A stretch of 64,000 bases of DNA, from NCBI GenBank assembly GCA_964583685.1, contig CAZOVJ010000001.1, positions 260,033 to 324,032 of the forward strand. Direction: 5' to 3'. The DNA comes from an uncultured Gammaproteobacteria bacterium (lineage in GTDB: Bacteria; Patescibacteriota; Microgenomatia; UBA8517). The translations under genes were made by a program, and so were the position numbers. Shown in pieces: positions 37,248-46,991 of this stretch. The notes under the pieces were generated by a model. The model saw nothing but the letters and a program-made list of their open reading frames with translations. It had not been told where the DNA came from and made no database searches. Numbering within the stretch: the stretch's first letter is position 1; every line of letters starts with the position of its first letter.

Positions 37248-38677
37248 CTTCTTCGAATCCTTAATACCCCGCCTTTTAAGGCGGTTTTGACTGCCTGGTA
37301 GTCTGACCAGGGATATTCAATCCCATTATAGGCCATACTCTTTTCATGGCCTTTACCACAAATGACCAAAATGTCTCCTTTCTTGGCCAATTTTTGAATT
37401 GCGTAAGCAATAGCTTTACCTCTTTTGGGAATAGAAAGTAAAAGTTGTTCTTTTTTAACTTTCAGTCTCCGGGCGCCTTTAAACATCTGCCTAATAATCA
37501 TTTTTACATCTTCATAGCGGGGGTCCTCGGCCGTAAAAATTGAAATGTCAGCCAGTCTTGTTGAAACTTCTCCCATCATTGGCCTCTTAGCCACATCCCT
37601 TTCTCCTGCACAACCCAAGACAACGATCAATTTCTTCCCCTGGGGTAAACGTTTTTCCAATGCTTGCAAAACATTTTCAAGGGCGTTGGGGGTATGGGCA
37701 AAATCAATAATTACTTTAAAACCTCTTTTGTTTTTGACCTCTTCCATCCTTCCAGAAACTCCGGGAAACGATTTAATAGATTGAACTATTGTTTTCTCAG
37801 GCACCTTCAGCTGCTGGGCAACTAAAATTGCTCCAGCAGCATTAAGTTGATTATAAATTTCTGGAAACCTTTTTTGGACAGCTCGTTTAACTTCTCCACC
37901 TAAACTCTCAGCACTATAATTAATCACTCGGACCGATGGTTTTAATAAACCTTTAAGCAGAGAGTAAGAGCGATCACTTTTGTTTAAAATGGCTATCTTG
38001 GCTGAATTGAAAAGTTTTGCTTTTGCTGCCAGATATTTTTGAAAAGTTTGATGATAGTCAAGATGCTCATGACTAATATTGGTGAGGACCGCCATTTCAA
38101 AATCAATGCCAAAAACTCTTTCCTGATCCAAACCATGAGAAGTAACTTCTAAAATCGCATATTGACATTTTTCTCTCACCATTTTTGCCAAAAATCTCTG
38201 TAAATCAAGAGGCTCTGGGTTGGTAATATGAAATCCGGTATCATAAACCTTTTCTCCTATCTTGGCCCCAATAGTGGAAATTGCTCCCACTTTTTTACCA
38301 GCCTTGACTAAAAGCCAATCAATCAGACTTACCGTGGTTGTTTTACCGTCTGTACCGGTTACCCCAATTACCTTTAATTTTCTAGCGGGATAGTTGTACC
38401 AAGCTGAAGCAAGTAAGCTCAAGGCCTTCCTGGAATTCTGGACTTTGACATAGGTTGCTTTTCCTAGTTTTAGTTTTTCCGGTTCCTCTTCTCCGACAAT
38501 TACCAAGGCGCCTCTTGAAATCGCCTGTGGAACAAACTTATGACCATCAAAGTGGCTCCCTTTTATGGCAACAAAAAGATCTCCCTTTTTTATTTTTTTT
38601 GAATCACTAGTTATACCGGTTAGAGAAACATCACTTTTAGCCAGGGCTTTAAGTAGATTTTCAAGCTTTTTCGTCAT
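37244..38677 (-). CDS. murE: UDP-MurNAc-tripeptide synthetase
   Basis: GVTGTDGKTT, EVTSHGL, HEHLDYH, GRME, DFAHTP, EDPR, GKGHE. Confidence 0.95.
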   Translation of the reverse strand: MTKKLENLLKALAKSDVSLTGITSDSKKIKKGDLFVAIKGSHFDGHKFVPQAISRGALVIVGEEEPEKLKLGKATYVKVQNSRKALSLLASAWYNYPARKLKVIGVTGTDGKTTTVSLIDWLLVKAGKKVGAISTIGAKIGEKVYDTGFHITNPEPLDLQRFLAKMVREKCQYAILEVTSHGLDQERVFGIDFEMAVLTNISHEHLDYHQTFQKYLAAKAKLFNSAKIAILNKSDRSYSLLKGLLKPSVRVINYSAESLGGEVKRAVQKRFPEIYNQLNAAGAILVAQQLKVPEKTIVQSIKSFPGVSGRMEEVKNKRGFKVIIDFAHTPNALENVLQALEKRLPQGKKLIVVLGCAGERDVAKRPMMGEVSTRLADISIFTAEDPRYEDVKMIIRQMFKGARRLKVKKEQLLLSIPKRGKAIAYAIQKLAKKGDILVICGKGHEKSMAYNGIEYPWSDYQAVKTALKGGVLRIRRR

Positions 38678-39941
38678 CCGTTTCAACTCTAACTATGTCC
38701 ACTCCCAAATCTTTAAGTCTGACATCAATAGCCTCATAGCCCCGCTCAATCACCTCAATATTCTTAATAAGACTCTTACCCTTAGCAACCAAAGCAGCCA
38801 AAACCAAGGAAATTCCGGCTCGAATATCCTTGCAAAAAAGGGTATCTGCCTCAAAATCTGTCGGGCCAGTAACAATCACTCGATGGGGATCGGCTATAAA
38901 AATATTTGCACCTAAGGAAATTAGGTCATCGACGAAAAAAACCCTCCATTCATACATCCAGTCGTGACAAAGAACTGTTCCCTTAGATTGAGTGGCCAAA
39001 ACTATCAAGGGGCTCATTAAATCTGTTGGAAAACCAGGCCAGGGACGGGTTTGAAATTTCCTTTTTTTGGCAACAAGTTTTGAAGGCAAAACCCGCAATT
39101 TATCTTTACCAACAAACTCGGTTTTAACACCCATATTTGAAAAATAATGAAGAATCATCTTGTAATGCTCGGGAATTACATCCTCGATTAAAATATCTCC
39201 TCCAGTAATGGCAGCCGCAACTATAAAAGTACCACCTTCAACATAGTCGGCAACAATCCTGTGATTAACTCCCTTAAGCCTTTTGCTTCCTCTAATTCGT
39301 AAAGAATTTGTTCCCATGCCCTTTACCTTCACCCCCATTTTGCTAACAAATTCTGCTAGATCTTGAACATGGGGTTCACAAGCAGCATCATCTATCAAAA
39401 CTTCATGATTAAGACTACTGGCCAAAATAATTCCCATCTCTGTGGCCGTAACCGAGGCTTCTTCGAGAAAAACATCAACCCCTTTTCTTCTTTTCCAAAA
39501 CAAAAAGTATTTCCCATCCTGCTTTTCAATATCAACGCCAAAGTTCTTTATCATGGCAAAATGGGTATCAAGTAAACGTTCACCTATCTGGTCGCCTCCT
39601 GGCGGGGTAATAATAGTTTTCCCAAATTTGGCAAGAAGAGGTGCTGCCAAGACCACCGAACCTCGAATTCTTCCTGTTAACTCGGGGTTAAGTTCATAAG
39701 AAGACAATGTACTCGGGTCAATCATCAAACTATGCGTTCCCAAACCGTTTACTCTTACACCCAAATCTCTCATCAATTCCCCCATTACCTGAACATCCCT
39801 GATAATCGGAACATTGGTAAGGGTTGTTGAAGAATCAGCTAGAAGAGCTGCTGCCATAAGCTTCAGGGCTGAATTTTTGTTTCCAGCAAGTTTCACCTTG
39901 CCTTCAAGTTTTTTATCTCCGCTAATTAAAAAGCTAGCCAT
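38661..39941 (-). CDS. murA: UDP-GlcNAc 1-carboxyvinyltransferase
   Basis: GNKNSAL, PGGDQIGER, SVTATE, EPHV, PWPGFPTDL, DIRAG, RGYE. Confidence 0.96.
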   Translation of the reverse strand: MASFLISGDKKLEGKVKLAGNKNSALKLMAAALLADSSTTLTNVPIIRDVQVMGELMRDLGVRVNGLGTHSLMIDPSTLSSYELNPELTGRIRGSVVLAAPLLAKFGKTIITPPGGDQIGERLLDTHFAMIKNFGVDIEKQDGKYFLFWKRRKGVDVFLEEASVTATEMGIILASSLNHEVLIDDAACEPHVQDLAEFVSKMGVKVKGMGTNSLRIRGSKRLKGVNHRIVADYVEGGTFIVAAAITGGDILIEDVIPEHYKMILHYFSNMGVKTEFVGKDKLRVLPSKLVAKKRKFQTRPWPGFPTDLMSPLIVLATQSKGTVLCHDWMYEWRVFFVDDLISLGANIFIADPHRVIVTGPTDFEADTLFCKDIRAGISLVLAALVAKGKSLIKNIEVIERGYEAIDVRLKDLGVDIVRVETDDEKA

Positions 39942-39965
39942 GACCACAATTTTAACACAAAATGT

Positions 39966-41678
39966 CTAATTCTCGGGCTGGATGCCAAGATAGGGAAAAA
40001 GTTGCCGGGCAATAGAGAACCAAAGGGGAGCGGCTGTTTCCGAAGCCCAAGGCGAAGTTTGAGGTTCTCTCAAAGAAACCAACATGACGAAACGAGGATT
40101 ATCTGCTGGGGCAAAACCGACAAATGAACCGATTGTCTTTTCCTCGTCATAATGGCCTGAAACAGGAATTTGAGCTGTTCCTGTCTTCCCCGCCACCTTA
40201 AAACCACTCGCTTGTATCCATTTAGACTCTCCTTCCTTGACAGCCAAGACCATCATTTCCTTTACTTCCTGAGTTGTCTTTTGAGAAATAACTTGCTTAC
40301 CGATTTCAGGTTTAATATCCTCTACCCAACCATCTTTAGTAATCTTGTCTATCACCTGAGGTTTAATCTCTCTTCCCTCATTGGCAATAATGGCAATTGC
40401 TTTAACCATTTGAATCGGAGTCACTGCTATTCCCTGTCCAAAACCAGCTGTTGCTAAATCAACTATATTCCAGGTCCCTTTCTTTCTTAACTCTGGAGAA
40501 ACTTCACCTTGTAGGTCTATTCCCGTTAATTCGCCTATGCCAAAGCGCTTTAAATAATCAAAGAGGTTATTTGCCCCTAATTTCTCTCCGACAAACACCA
40601 TCCCTACGTTATTAGAATGGATGATTACTTCAGACATTGTCGCGTCAGGGTCATATTTTTGATTCCATGTCTCGATAATATATTTATCAACCTTGACTGG
40701 ACCCGAGCAAATCTCGCATCGAGTATCCGGTTCGACTACACCCGTGTCTAAAGCAGCGGCCATTATTATTGGTTTAAAAATCGAACCAGGCTCAAAGGCA
40801 TCGGAAATTGCCGGATTTCTAAAATATTCATCACCATATTCAAAATATCTCAAAGGGTCATATCCAGGAAACGAAGCCATTGCCAGCAAAGCTCCATTCT
40901 CTGGATTAAGAACAATGACCGTGCCGGCACTGGCAGCATATTTCCCAATCCCCCTCTTCAACTCCTTTTCAATTATCAACTGAACAGTTTTATCAATATG
41001 ACTGACTAAATCTACTCCACCCTTAGGATTAATCTCCTTTGAATCTGCAAATAAAAGTGGTACTCCTTGAGCATCTGCTTCTCTTTCAATAAATCCTTGT
41101 CTTCCGGTCAAAGAAAGGTCATAATAACCCTCTAAGCCAAAATAGCCTTTATCATCACCAGCTTCATCTTTGCCCACAAATCCCAAAATATGGGCGGCAC
41201 TAGATGCTTCAGGATAAACTCTTGTTTCCTCTGGTTCAAAACCGATTCCACTAATACTCAGGGCTTCGATATTTTTCTTGATTTCCGAATTAACTTTGTG
41301 TTTCAGGGGCAGCCATACTGCCTCTTTTTTCAATAAAAGTGCTTCCAGTCTTTGCGCTTCTTTTAATAAAAGCTCCTCATCTTCAGGTTCTTCAATTAAA
41401 AAAGGGGCTAATTTATTAGCAATATTTCTCAGACTTTCTTTTAAGTCTGGTTTAGAAACAAATACAAGCCAGGCCTTACTGTTTGCCGTTAACCAACTAC
41501 CATCTGATGCCAAGATGTTCCCTCGTTGGGCTGGGACTTTCTCTCCACTTTGGTGCTGAAGTCTGGCTTGGGTTGATAATTCTTCTTTTCTCAAAACCTG
41601 CCAAAAGAACAATCTTGCCAAGAGAACAATTGAACAAATTCCAAAAAACAATCCGAGGAGATTTAATCTAGATTTCAT
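39966..41678 (-). CDS. ftsI: Class B penicillin-binding protein (FtsI/PBP3)
   Basis: RGNI, RVYPE, GLEGYYD, EPGSIFK (SxxK), SNN, GKTGT. Confidence 0.93.
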   Translation of the reverse strand: MKSRLNLLGLFFGICSIVLLARLFFWQVLRKEELSTQARLQHQSGEKVPAQRGNILASDGSWLTANSKAWLVFVSKPDLKESLRNIANKLAPFLIEEPEDEELLLKEAQRLEALLLKKEAVWLPLKHKVNSEIKKNIEALSISGIGFEPEETRVYPEASSAAHILGFVGKDEAGDDKGYFGLEGYYDLSLTGRQGFIEREADAQGVPLLFADSKEINPKGGVDLVSHIDKTVQLIIEKELKRGIGKYAASAGTVIVLNPENGALLAMASFPGYDPLRYFEYGDEYFRNPAISDAFEPGSIFKPIIMAAALDTGVVEPDTRCEICSGPVKVDKYIIETWNQKYDPDATMSEVIIHSNNVGMVFVGEKLGANNLFDYLKRFGIGELTGIDLQGEVSPELRKKGTWNIVDLATAGFGQGIAVTPIQMVKAIAIIANEGREIKPQVIDKITKDGWVEDIKPEIGKQVISQKTTQEVKEMMVLAVKEGESKWIQASGFKVAGKTGTAQIPVSGHYDEEKTIGSFVGFAPADNPRFVMLVSLREPQTSPWASETAAPLWFSIARQLFPYLGIQPEN

Positions 41679-41965
41679 TGAAACTTGGCCACAAGTTCTT
41701 CCTGAATTAAATAAATAACTTTTTCTGGCTTGACCATTCCCAGCTCTTCGGCTTTCTTTTTAATTCTGACAAGTGAGGTGTTTGAAATTAAAAGGGAAGT
41801 TAACTCCCTGTTTTCAATCTGAAAAGCCTTTTTTTCTTCTTCATATTTTAAAAGTTCATTTCCTTTTGAAGTTAATTCAATAGTGAAAAGGATTGTCAAA
41901 ATAACCAACAGTCCTAAGAAAATACTAAATAAAACAAATTTGCTTTTAGGTTTTGTCTTTTTCAT
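41675..41965 (-). CDS. ftsL: FtsL-like cell division protein
   Basis: Short bitopic coiled-coil protein with AEELGM..P, between rsmH and ftsI. Confidence 0.75.
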   Translation of the reverse strand: MKKTKPKSKFVLFSIFLGLLVILTILFTIELTSKGNELLKYEEEKKAFQIENRELTSLLISNTSLVRIKKKAEELGMVKPEKVIYLIQEELVAKFQ

Positions 41966-42834
41966 TTTTTTTCTAAAATTCGCAATTTGGCACTTCTAGA
42001 CCTTGAATTATTTCTTACTTCGACCGAGCTAGCCCTAATTGGCCTTTTGCTCAAAATATAAGCTAAATTAGCCTTAGCCATTTCCTTAAAAAAAGTCTTC
42101 ACTATCACATCCTCCAAAGAATGGAAACTAATAACCAACAATCTCGCTCCAGGTTTCAAAATTGAGAATGCTTTTGGTAGTCCTTCTCGTAAATTTTCAA
42201 GCTCGGAATTAACCTTGATACGCAAAGCTAAAAAAGCTTTTGTGGCCGGATGAAGTTTTCCTTTCTTCCTTAGAACCCTTGTCACCTTTAAAAAATCTCC
42301 TACTGTTTTAAAGGGAGATTGCCTTCTTTGTTTAATTATGGCCTTCACCAACTTATCACTCTCCACTTTACCCATAACCTTTTCAAATCCCTGTTTTAAT
42401 TGATCCGGCCTTAGAATATTAAGCAAGTCTGCCGCACTTACCCCTTGACTATTTGGACTAAGTTTCATATCCAGAAGAGCTCCCTCTTCCTGGAAAGAAA
42501 AACCCCGATTGGCTGAGTTAAAGTGAGCACTTGAAACTCCTAAATCAAAAATTATTCCATCAGCAGGAGCAAAACCTTCTCTCTTAGCTATCTCATCAAT
42601 TTTCCTAAAATTAGCCTGAACCAATTTAAAAGATTCCTGAGAATAAACCTTCTCCAAGCGCCTTTTAGCCATCGCCAACATCTTTTCATCAATATCAATT
42701 CCCAAAACAATTCCCCCTTTTTCAATAATTTCGGCTGCGTGACCGCCTCCACCGACAGTTGCGTCAATGTACCGAGCCTGATTTTTAAGGTGCAATCCTT
42801 CTATAACCTGGTCAATAAGTACCGGTTCATGCAT
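41962..42834 (-). CDS. rsmH: 16S rRNA m4C1402 methyltransferase
   Basis: HEPVL, DATVGGGGH, DLGVSS, HPATK.F.ALRI.VN.EL, ISFHSLED, RSRSAKLR. Confidence 0.96.
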   Translation of the reverse strand: MHEPVLIDQVIEGLHLKNQARYIDATVGGGGHAAEIIEKGGIVLGIDIDEKMLAMAKRRLEKVYSQESFKLVQANFRKIDEIAKREGFAPADGIIFDLGVSSAHFNSANRGFSFQEEGALLDMKLSPNSQGVSAADLLNILRPDQLKQGFEKVMGKVESDKLVKAIIKQRRQSPFKTVGDFLKVTRVLRKKGKLHPATKAFLALRIKVNSELENLREGLPKAFSILKPGARLLVISFHSLEDVIVKTFFKEMAKANLAYILSKRPIRASSVEVRNNSRSRSAKLRILEKK

Positions 42835-43270
42835 CTTTCTTTGTTTTCTGTGCCAATTTTTCAACCAACTCTCCGGCATGACGAGCGATATAATTTTCTC
42901 TTTTCAGCCATTCTGCCCTGTTCCAAATCTCAACCCTATCGCCCAATCCGATAAAAACAAGGTCACTTTCTAAATGGGCATATCCAGCCAGAGATGCCGG
43001 AATAATTACCCGCCCTTGGTCATCGGGTTCAAGTTCAAAGGCAGAACCCAAAATAAATCTATCCGTATCTCTAACCGGGGCGGTTACCACCTGAGCTTTG
43101 CCTGTTAATTTGTTTAAAAGGGCTTGCCAATTTGTTTTTGAGATAATGATTAAGCACTCTTCATACCATCTGGCAACAATTATTTTCTCGCCCAATTCTC
43201 GTCTAAACTTATTGGGAATAGCTACCCTCCGCTTGCTACTTAGAATTCCAGAATAATGACCAATCAACAT
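42827..43270 (-). CDS. mraZ: dcw transcriptional regulator MraZ
   Basis: RVAIP.KFR, DDQGRVIIP, GLGDRVEIW. Confidence 0.96.
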   Translation of the reverse strand: MLIGHYSGILSSKRRVAIPNKFRRELGEKIIVARWYEECLIIISKTNWQALLNKLTGKAQVVTAPVRDTDRFILGSAFELEPDDQGRVIIPASLAGYAHLESDLVFIGLGDRVEIWNRAEWLKRENYIARHAGELVEKLAQKTKKDA

Positions 43271-43277
43271 ATCCCTT

Positions 43278-43330
43278 CACCACTTTACACCACTAATCAC
43301 CATTTTCCATACTTTTCACGCACTTGTCAA
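43278..43330 (-). promoter_or_regulatory. dcw promoter with MraZ-binding direct repeats
   Basis: GTGGTG/ATGGTG repeats at a 10-nt period (43278, 43288, 43298) overlapping a TTGACA-17-GAAAAT promoter; MraZ is known to bind GTGG-type repeats with this spacing. Confidence 0.8.
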
Positions 43331-43368
43331 GCCCCTATAACCACGCTTGCTTTTACCATTTTTACCAC

Positions 43369-43397
43369 TTGACAAGAAATAAAAGACTATATACATT
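43369..43397 (+). promoter_or_regulatory. Sigma70 promoter TTGACA-17-TACATT, divergent from mraZ
   Basis: Consensus -35 and 17-nt spacer. Confidence 0.6.
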
Positions 43398-43436
43398 AAA
43401 ATCCCAGAGGCAAAAAATGCATCTGGGATTTTTTTT
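43398..43436 (+). terminator. Terminator-like hairpin 1
   Basis: AAAATCCCAGA..GCA/TGC..TCTGGGATTTT followed by a T run. Confidence 0.6.
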
Positions 43437-43470
43437 AAAACAAAAACTAATAAAAACTTTCTTCAAGTCC

Positions 43471-43495
43471 AAGAGCCCCAGGGCTCTTTTTTTTT
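43471..43495 (+). terminator. Terminator-like hairpin 2
   Basis: AAGAGCC-CCAG-GGCTCTT followed by a T run. Confidence 0.65.
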
Positions 43496-43790
43496 GCCCA
43501 AATTTGAACCCAAATATTTATCGAGCCAGGATCGATCGCGGTTCTGGAACCGTTAATTTTTTGGGAATCTAATATACGGAGTCCTTTTGCACTTTAACAA
43601 TTAAATTGAAGGTTGATAAGAAAGCTAACTCTCCTTATTAGCGTTGATTTGCAACGCAGTGATTTGGGTTTTAGGTAAGGGTAAACTAAAACCCGACTTG
43701 CTGCGTTGCAGCGCGCGGCAATGGAGGAGGGGAACAAAATGCTGTATACCGTTCGATTCCGCCTGTAAAAACCATAAGGAGAAAACTGAA

Positions 43791-44915
43791 ATGTTCAATC
43801 GTCTTCTGCTCTTACTACTCACCGTAGCCTTGATGACGACCCTGTCCGCTTCGGCTCAGGAGGAAGAAGCATTCCGAATCGGAGTCGTCAACATCGGTCC
43901 TAACAACGACGGTGGCTGGACTACCGCTCACATGGAGGGGCTTAGAACTGCACTGGCCCGCTTCGGCGCGGTTGAAGGCCTCGTCAACGACAACTGGGAA
44001 CCTGTAGATCTGGTTCCCATTAGCTCTCTTCGCTATAGAGTAAAATCTGGCGAAAGAATTACCATCGAACTCTCAGTAGTAGAAGCAGTGGCGCCGGAAG
44101 CCTTTTGGCGTGTTGCCGAAAGCCTGATCTTGAACTTTGGTGTGAATCTGCTGTTAAGTACAGCAGAAAACTACTGCTCTGACACTTACGGATTAGCGGC
44201 CATTTACCCAAACATCAATTTCGCTACCATCCACTGCGACTATGAAAATCCAGCGCCTAACGTGGCCAGCTACTTCGGAAGAAGTTACCAAGCAGAGTAC
44301 GCAGCCGGCGCAGCACTGGCCATAATGTCCAAGTCCGGCATAGCCTGTTTCGTCGGTGCATTCGAGGAAAACGGCCAGGTAGCAACTAATCTGGCCGGCT
44401 TCGCCAGCGGTTTCCGCGACTTTTTTGACGAAGATGTAGAAATCGCTACCCGATTCACCGGCACATGGTATGGGCCGGACTTGGAGGTCCAAGCAGCACA
44501 ATCGTGCCCCGAAGGGTACGATGTAGCCTGGGCCCACCAAGATAGTCCCTTCGCCGGAACAGTCTTTGCTGAAGACAACGCCTATTTCGTCGGCTATGAC
44601 TCAGACTGGCGTAATGCACTGGGTGAAAACCTTGCTATTACCAGTGTAGTTTACCACTGGGAAAGACTCTATTACCCTTTCATTAAAGGAGCAATAGAAG
44701 AAGACTTCCCGGCTGGTCGTCACTGGCCTGGCATAGGAGAGGAAGTCGTGGGGCTTGCACCCTGGAGTCTTTTAGCAACTGATGAGGCCAAAGAAGTTGC
44801 CAAAAACTTAGTCGAACAGATCGCTGAGGGTGAACGTGTGGTCTTCCCACATCTCAGCGAAATGGAGATTTGGAATCTGAGCGATTGGCAACTGGCTTAC
44901 GCCGGCGACCAGTAA
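43791..44915 (+). CDS. BMP/PnrA-family nucleoside-binding protein
   Basis: Signal peptide, GPNNDGGWTTAH, YFGRSYQAEYAAG, FTGTWY.P.LE, HQDS, GYDSD; AGGAG RBS. Confidence 0.88.
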   Translation: MFNRLLLLLLTVALMTTLSASAQEEEAFRIGVVNIGPNNDGGWTTAHMEGLRTALARFGAVEGLVNDNWEPVDLVPISSLRYRVKSGERITIELSVVEAVAPEAFWRVAESLILNFGVNLLLSTAENYCSDTYGLAAIYPNINFATIHCDYENPAPNVASYFGRSYQAEYAAGAALAIMSKSGIACFVGAFEENGQVATNLAGFASGFRDFFDEDVEIATRFTGTWYGPDLEVQAAQSCPEGYDVAWAHQDSPFAGTVFAEDNAYFVGYDSDWRNALGENLAITSVVYHWERLYYPFIKGAIEEDFPAGRHWPGIGEEVVGLAPWSLLATDEAKEVAKNLVEQIAEGERVVFPHLSEMEIWNLSDWQLAYAGDQ

Positions 44916-44970
44916 AAGCTCTCCCCTCCTCCAAACTTCCATTCTAAAATTACCCACAAGGAAGGACGAA

Positions 44971-46008
44971 ATGCGACAAATGTCAATCTATAAAGGAAAC
45001 CCTACTCAGGTTTTGCTTTCGATTTTCTACTCACTTGCCATTGGAGGGATACTGATAGTCTTGTTAGGATACAATCCCTTCGAAGTATGCGTAGAGGCAA
45101 TCAGGTCGACTCTAGGCAGCATTCACAAGATATCTGAGCTGCTAGTCGTAGCCACCCCACTTATACTAATTTCTGTTGGCTACACTATCTCCTTCCGCAC
45201 TTCATGGAACATTGGTGCAGAAGGCCAGTATGTAGTTGGAGCCATCGCCGCAACATTCGTTAGCCTCCACCTAGTAAAAGACCAACCTACACTAGTGGCA
45301 ATTTCAACAATAGCCCTTGCCAGTATACTAACGGGGGCAAGTTATGTTTCTGTAGCAGCTTGGCTCAAACTACGCTGGAATCTAAATGTAGTCTTTCCAA
45401 CACTGATGCTAAACTTCATTAGTGTCAGAGTTGCCCAGTATCTTTACTCGGGCCCATGGAAAGATCCTTCGGGTGGTTTTCCTAGAACAGAACGATTTCC
45501 GGCAAATACAACACTACCATCTCTCTGGCCGGGAACTAGACTTCACATTGGTTTTGTGATTGCCCTAGTCGTCGCTATAGCTGTTTACGTAATCCTACGG
45601 CGTACCACCTGGGGATACGAGATTGGAGCATGCAGTCTTAATCCTCATGCGGCTCGTTATGGGGGAATAAACGTAAAAAGAGTTACCTTTCTCTCCATGG
45701 CCATAGCTGGCGCCTCAGCAGGTCTAGCAGGTGCCATGCAGGTGAGTGGGATAACTCATCGATTGGTCCCGGGTGTAGCAGCAGGATACGGAAACATCGC
45801 TATCATCATCGCCTGGCTATCCGGGCTACATCCCTTGATTACTATTCCTGTAGCTGTTGCCGTAGCTACCCTAATCCTGGGTGGAGAAAACCTCCAAATT
45901 ACACATGGAATCCCCCACGAATTTGGGGAAATCCTGGGGTATACGATAATGTACGGAGTAGTAATTATTGGCAACGAATTGACTAAAAGGTCACTCAAAA
46001 AGGAGTAA
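44971..46008 (+). CDS. Nucleoside ABC transporter permease 1
   Basis: ATPLIL, WNIGAEGQ, LMLNF, T.WGYEI, NPHAARYGGIN, AGLAGA, GYG. Confidence 0.9.
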   Translation: MRQMSIYKGNPTQVLLSIFYSLAIGGILIVLLGYNPFEVCVEAIRSTLGSIHKISELLVVATPLILISVGYTISFRTSWNIGAEGQYVVGAIAATFVSLHLVKDQPTLVAISTIALASILTGASYVSVAAWLKLRWNLNVVFPTLMLNFISVRVAQYLYSGPWKDPSGGFPRTERFPANTTLPSLWPGTRLHIGFVIALVVAIAVYVILRRTTWGYEIGACSLNPHAARYGGINVKRVTFLSMAIAGASAGLAGAMQVSGITHRLVPGVAAGYGNIAIIIAWLSGLHPLITIPVAVAVATLILGGENLQITHGIPHEFGEILGYTIMYGVVIIGNELTKRSLKKE

Positions 46009-46014
46009 AAAGCA

Positions 46015-46851
46015 ATGGATACAATCATCATGACTTTGACCAGCGCTGTCTCGCTGGCCTTAGCCGCCATTGGGGAGGTCATCACTGAAAAGGCTGGGGT
46101 TCTAAACCTCTCAATTGACGGTGTTATGAGTCTGGGCGGGTTAGTTGCCTTCGTTGTCGTTTACCAAACCAACAAATCAATCCTGGGAATTTTGGCTGCT
46201 GGGATACTTGGTGCCTTCTTGGGCTTTTTGCACGCAACTTTCGCTGCGCGAGGCAACAACCAGATTCTCATCGGAGTAGTACCTGCCATCCTATTCGCAA
46301 AACTTGCAAATCTACTAGGACAAAGGTATGTCAATAAAATAACTACACACCTAGAACCAGACATTCTCCTTTGGATGTTGATACCTCTTGCTGTTGGTAC
46401 CTGGTTTTTAATCCAGAAAACACACTTCGGACTAGGAATGCGCGCAGTAGGTGAGTATCCGAATGCAGCTCATGCTAACGGCGTGAAAGTTATCCGTACA
46501 CGGATAATAGCTACTGTTCTGGGCTCAGCTCTGTTTGCTATCGCCGGAGCACATATAGTCCTTGTCCTGGTACGAGGAGTCTGGAGTAATAACATTGTCA
46601 ATAACAGAGGTTGGGTAGCATACGCCATTGCTGTCTTTTCCGGCTGGAATCCAATTCTAGCTTTGGTGGGTGCTATCCTATTTGGAGCGGCAACAATAGG
46701 TCAGTTTCTGGTACAGGGACTGAATTTGGACATACCCCCAAGCCTTCTCAGTGCTACGCCATATGTCCTCGCAGGAATCGCCTATATCAGAAGCTTGAAC
46801 ACTCAACCTGCTGCCCTAGGACAAGAGTGGTCACCCGAGAATATCGCATGA
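46015..46851 (+). CDS. Nucleoside ABC transporter permease 2
   Basis: AAIGEVITEKAGVLNLSIDG, GLGMRAVGE.P.AA, RGWVA.A, PYVL, PAALG. Confidence 0.9.
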   Translation: MDTIIMTLTSAVSLALAAIGEVITEKAGVLNLSIDGVMSLGGLVAFVVVYQTNKSILGILAAGILGAFLGFLHATFAARGNNQILIGVVPAILFAKLANLLGQRYVNKITTHLEPDILLWMLIPLAVGTWFLIQKTHFGLGMRAVGEYPNAAHANGVKVIRTRIIATVLGSALFAIAGAHIVLVLVRGVWSNNIVNNRGWVAYAIAVFSGWNPILALVGAILFGAATIGQFLVQGLNLDIPPSLLSATPYVLAGIAYIRSLNTQPAALGQEWSPENIA

Positions 46852-46991
46852 AACTCTTAACCGTCTCACAATCTTCAATGCCTAAGGACTCTGGGGAACG
46901 GAGGAAGTTGCAATGCTTTTGCACAATCTTGTGCCAGCAAAGCTACTTTCTCCCGCCCCATCCGTTAAAAGAATTATTTATTAAAGAAAAT

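Noticed and set aside
43751-43763. GTTCGATTCC T-loop-like motif
   Set aside because: No flanking T stem or cloverleaf
43644-43790. N-terminal extension of the BMP ORF from TTG 43644
   Set aside because: Runs through the hairpin leader; the true start is ATG 43791 with an RBS and signal peptide
46611-46991. 127-aa N-terminal extension of the 463-aa ORF, or a frameshift fusion with permease 2
   Set aside because: Overlaps permease 2 in another frame and the intergenic hairpin; the permease has a normal C-terminus and no slippery site was seen
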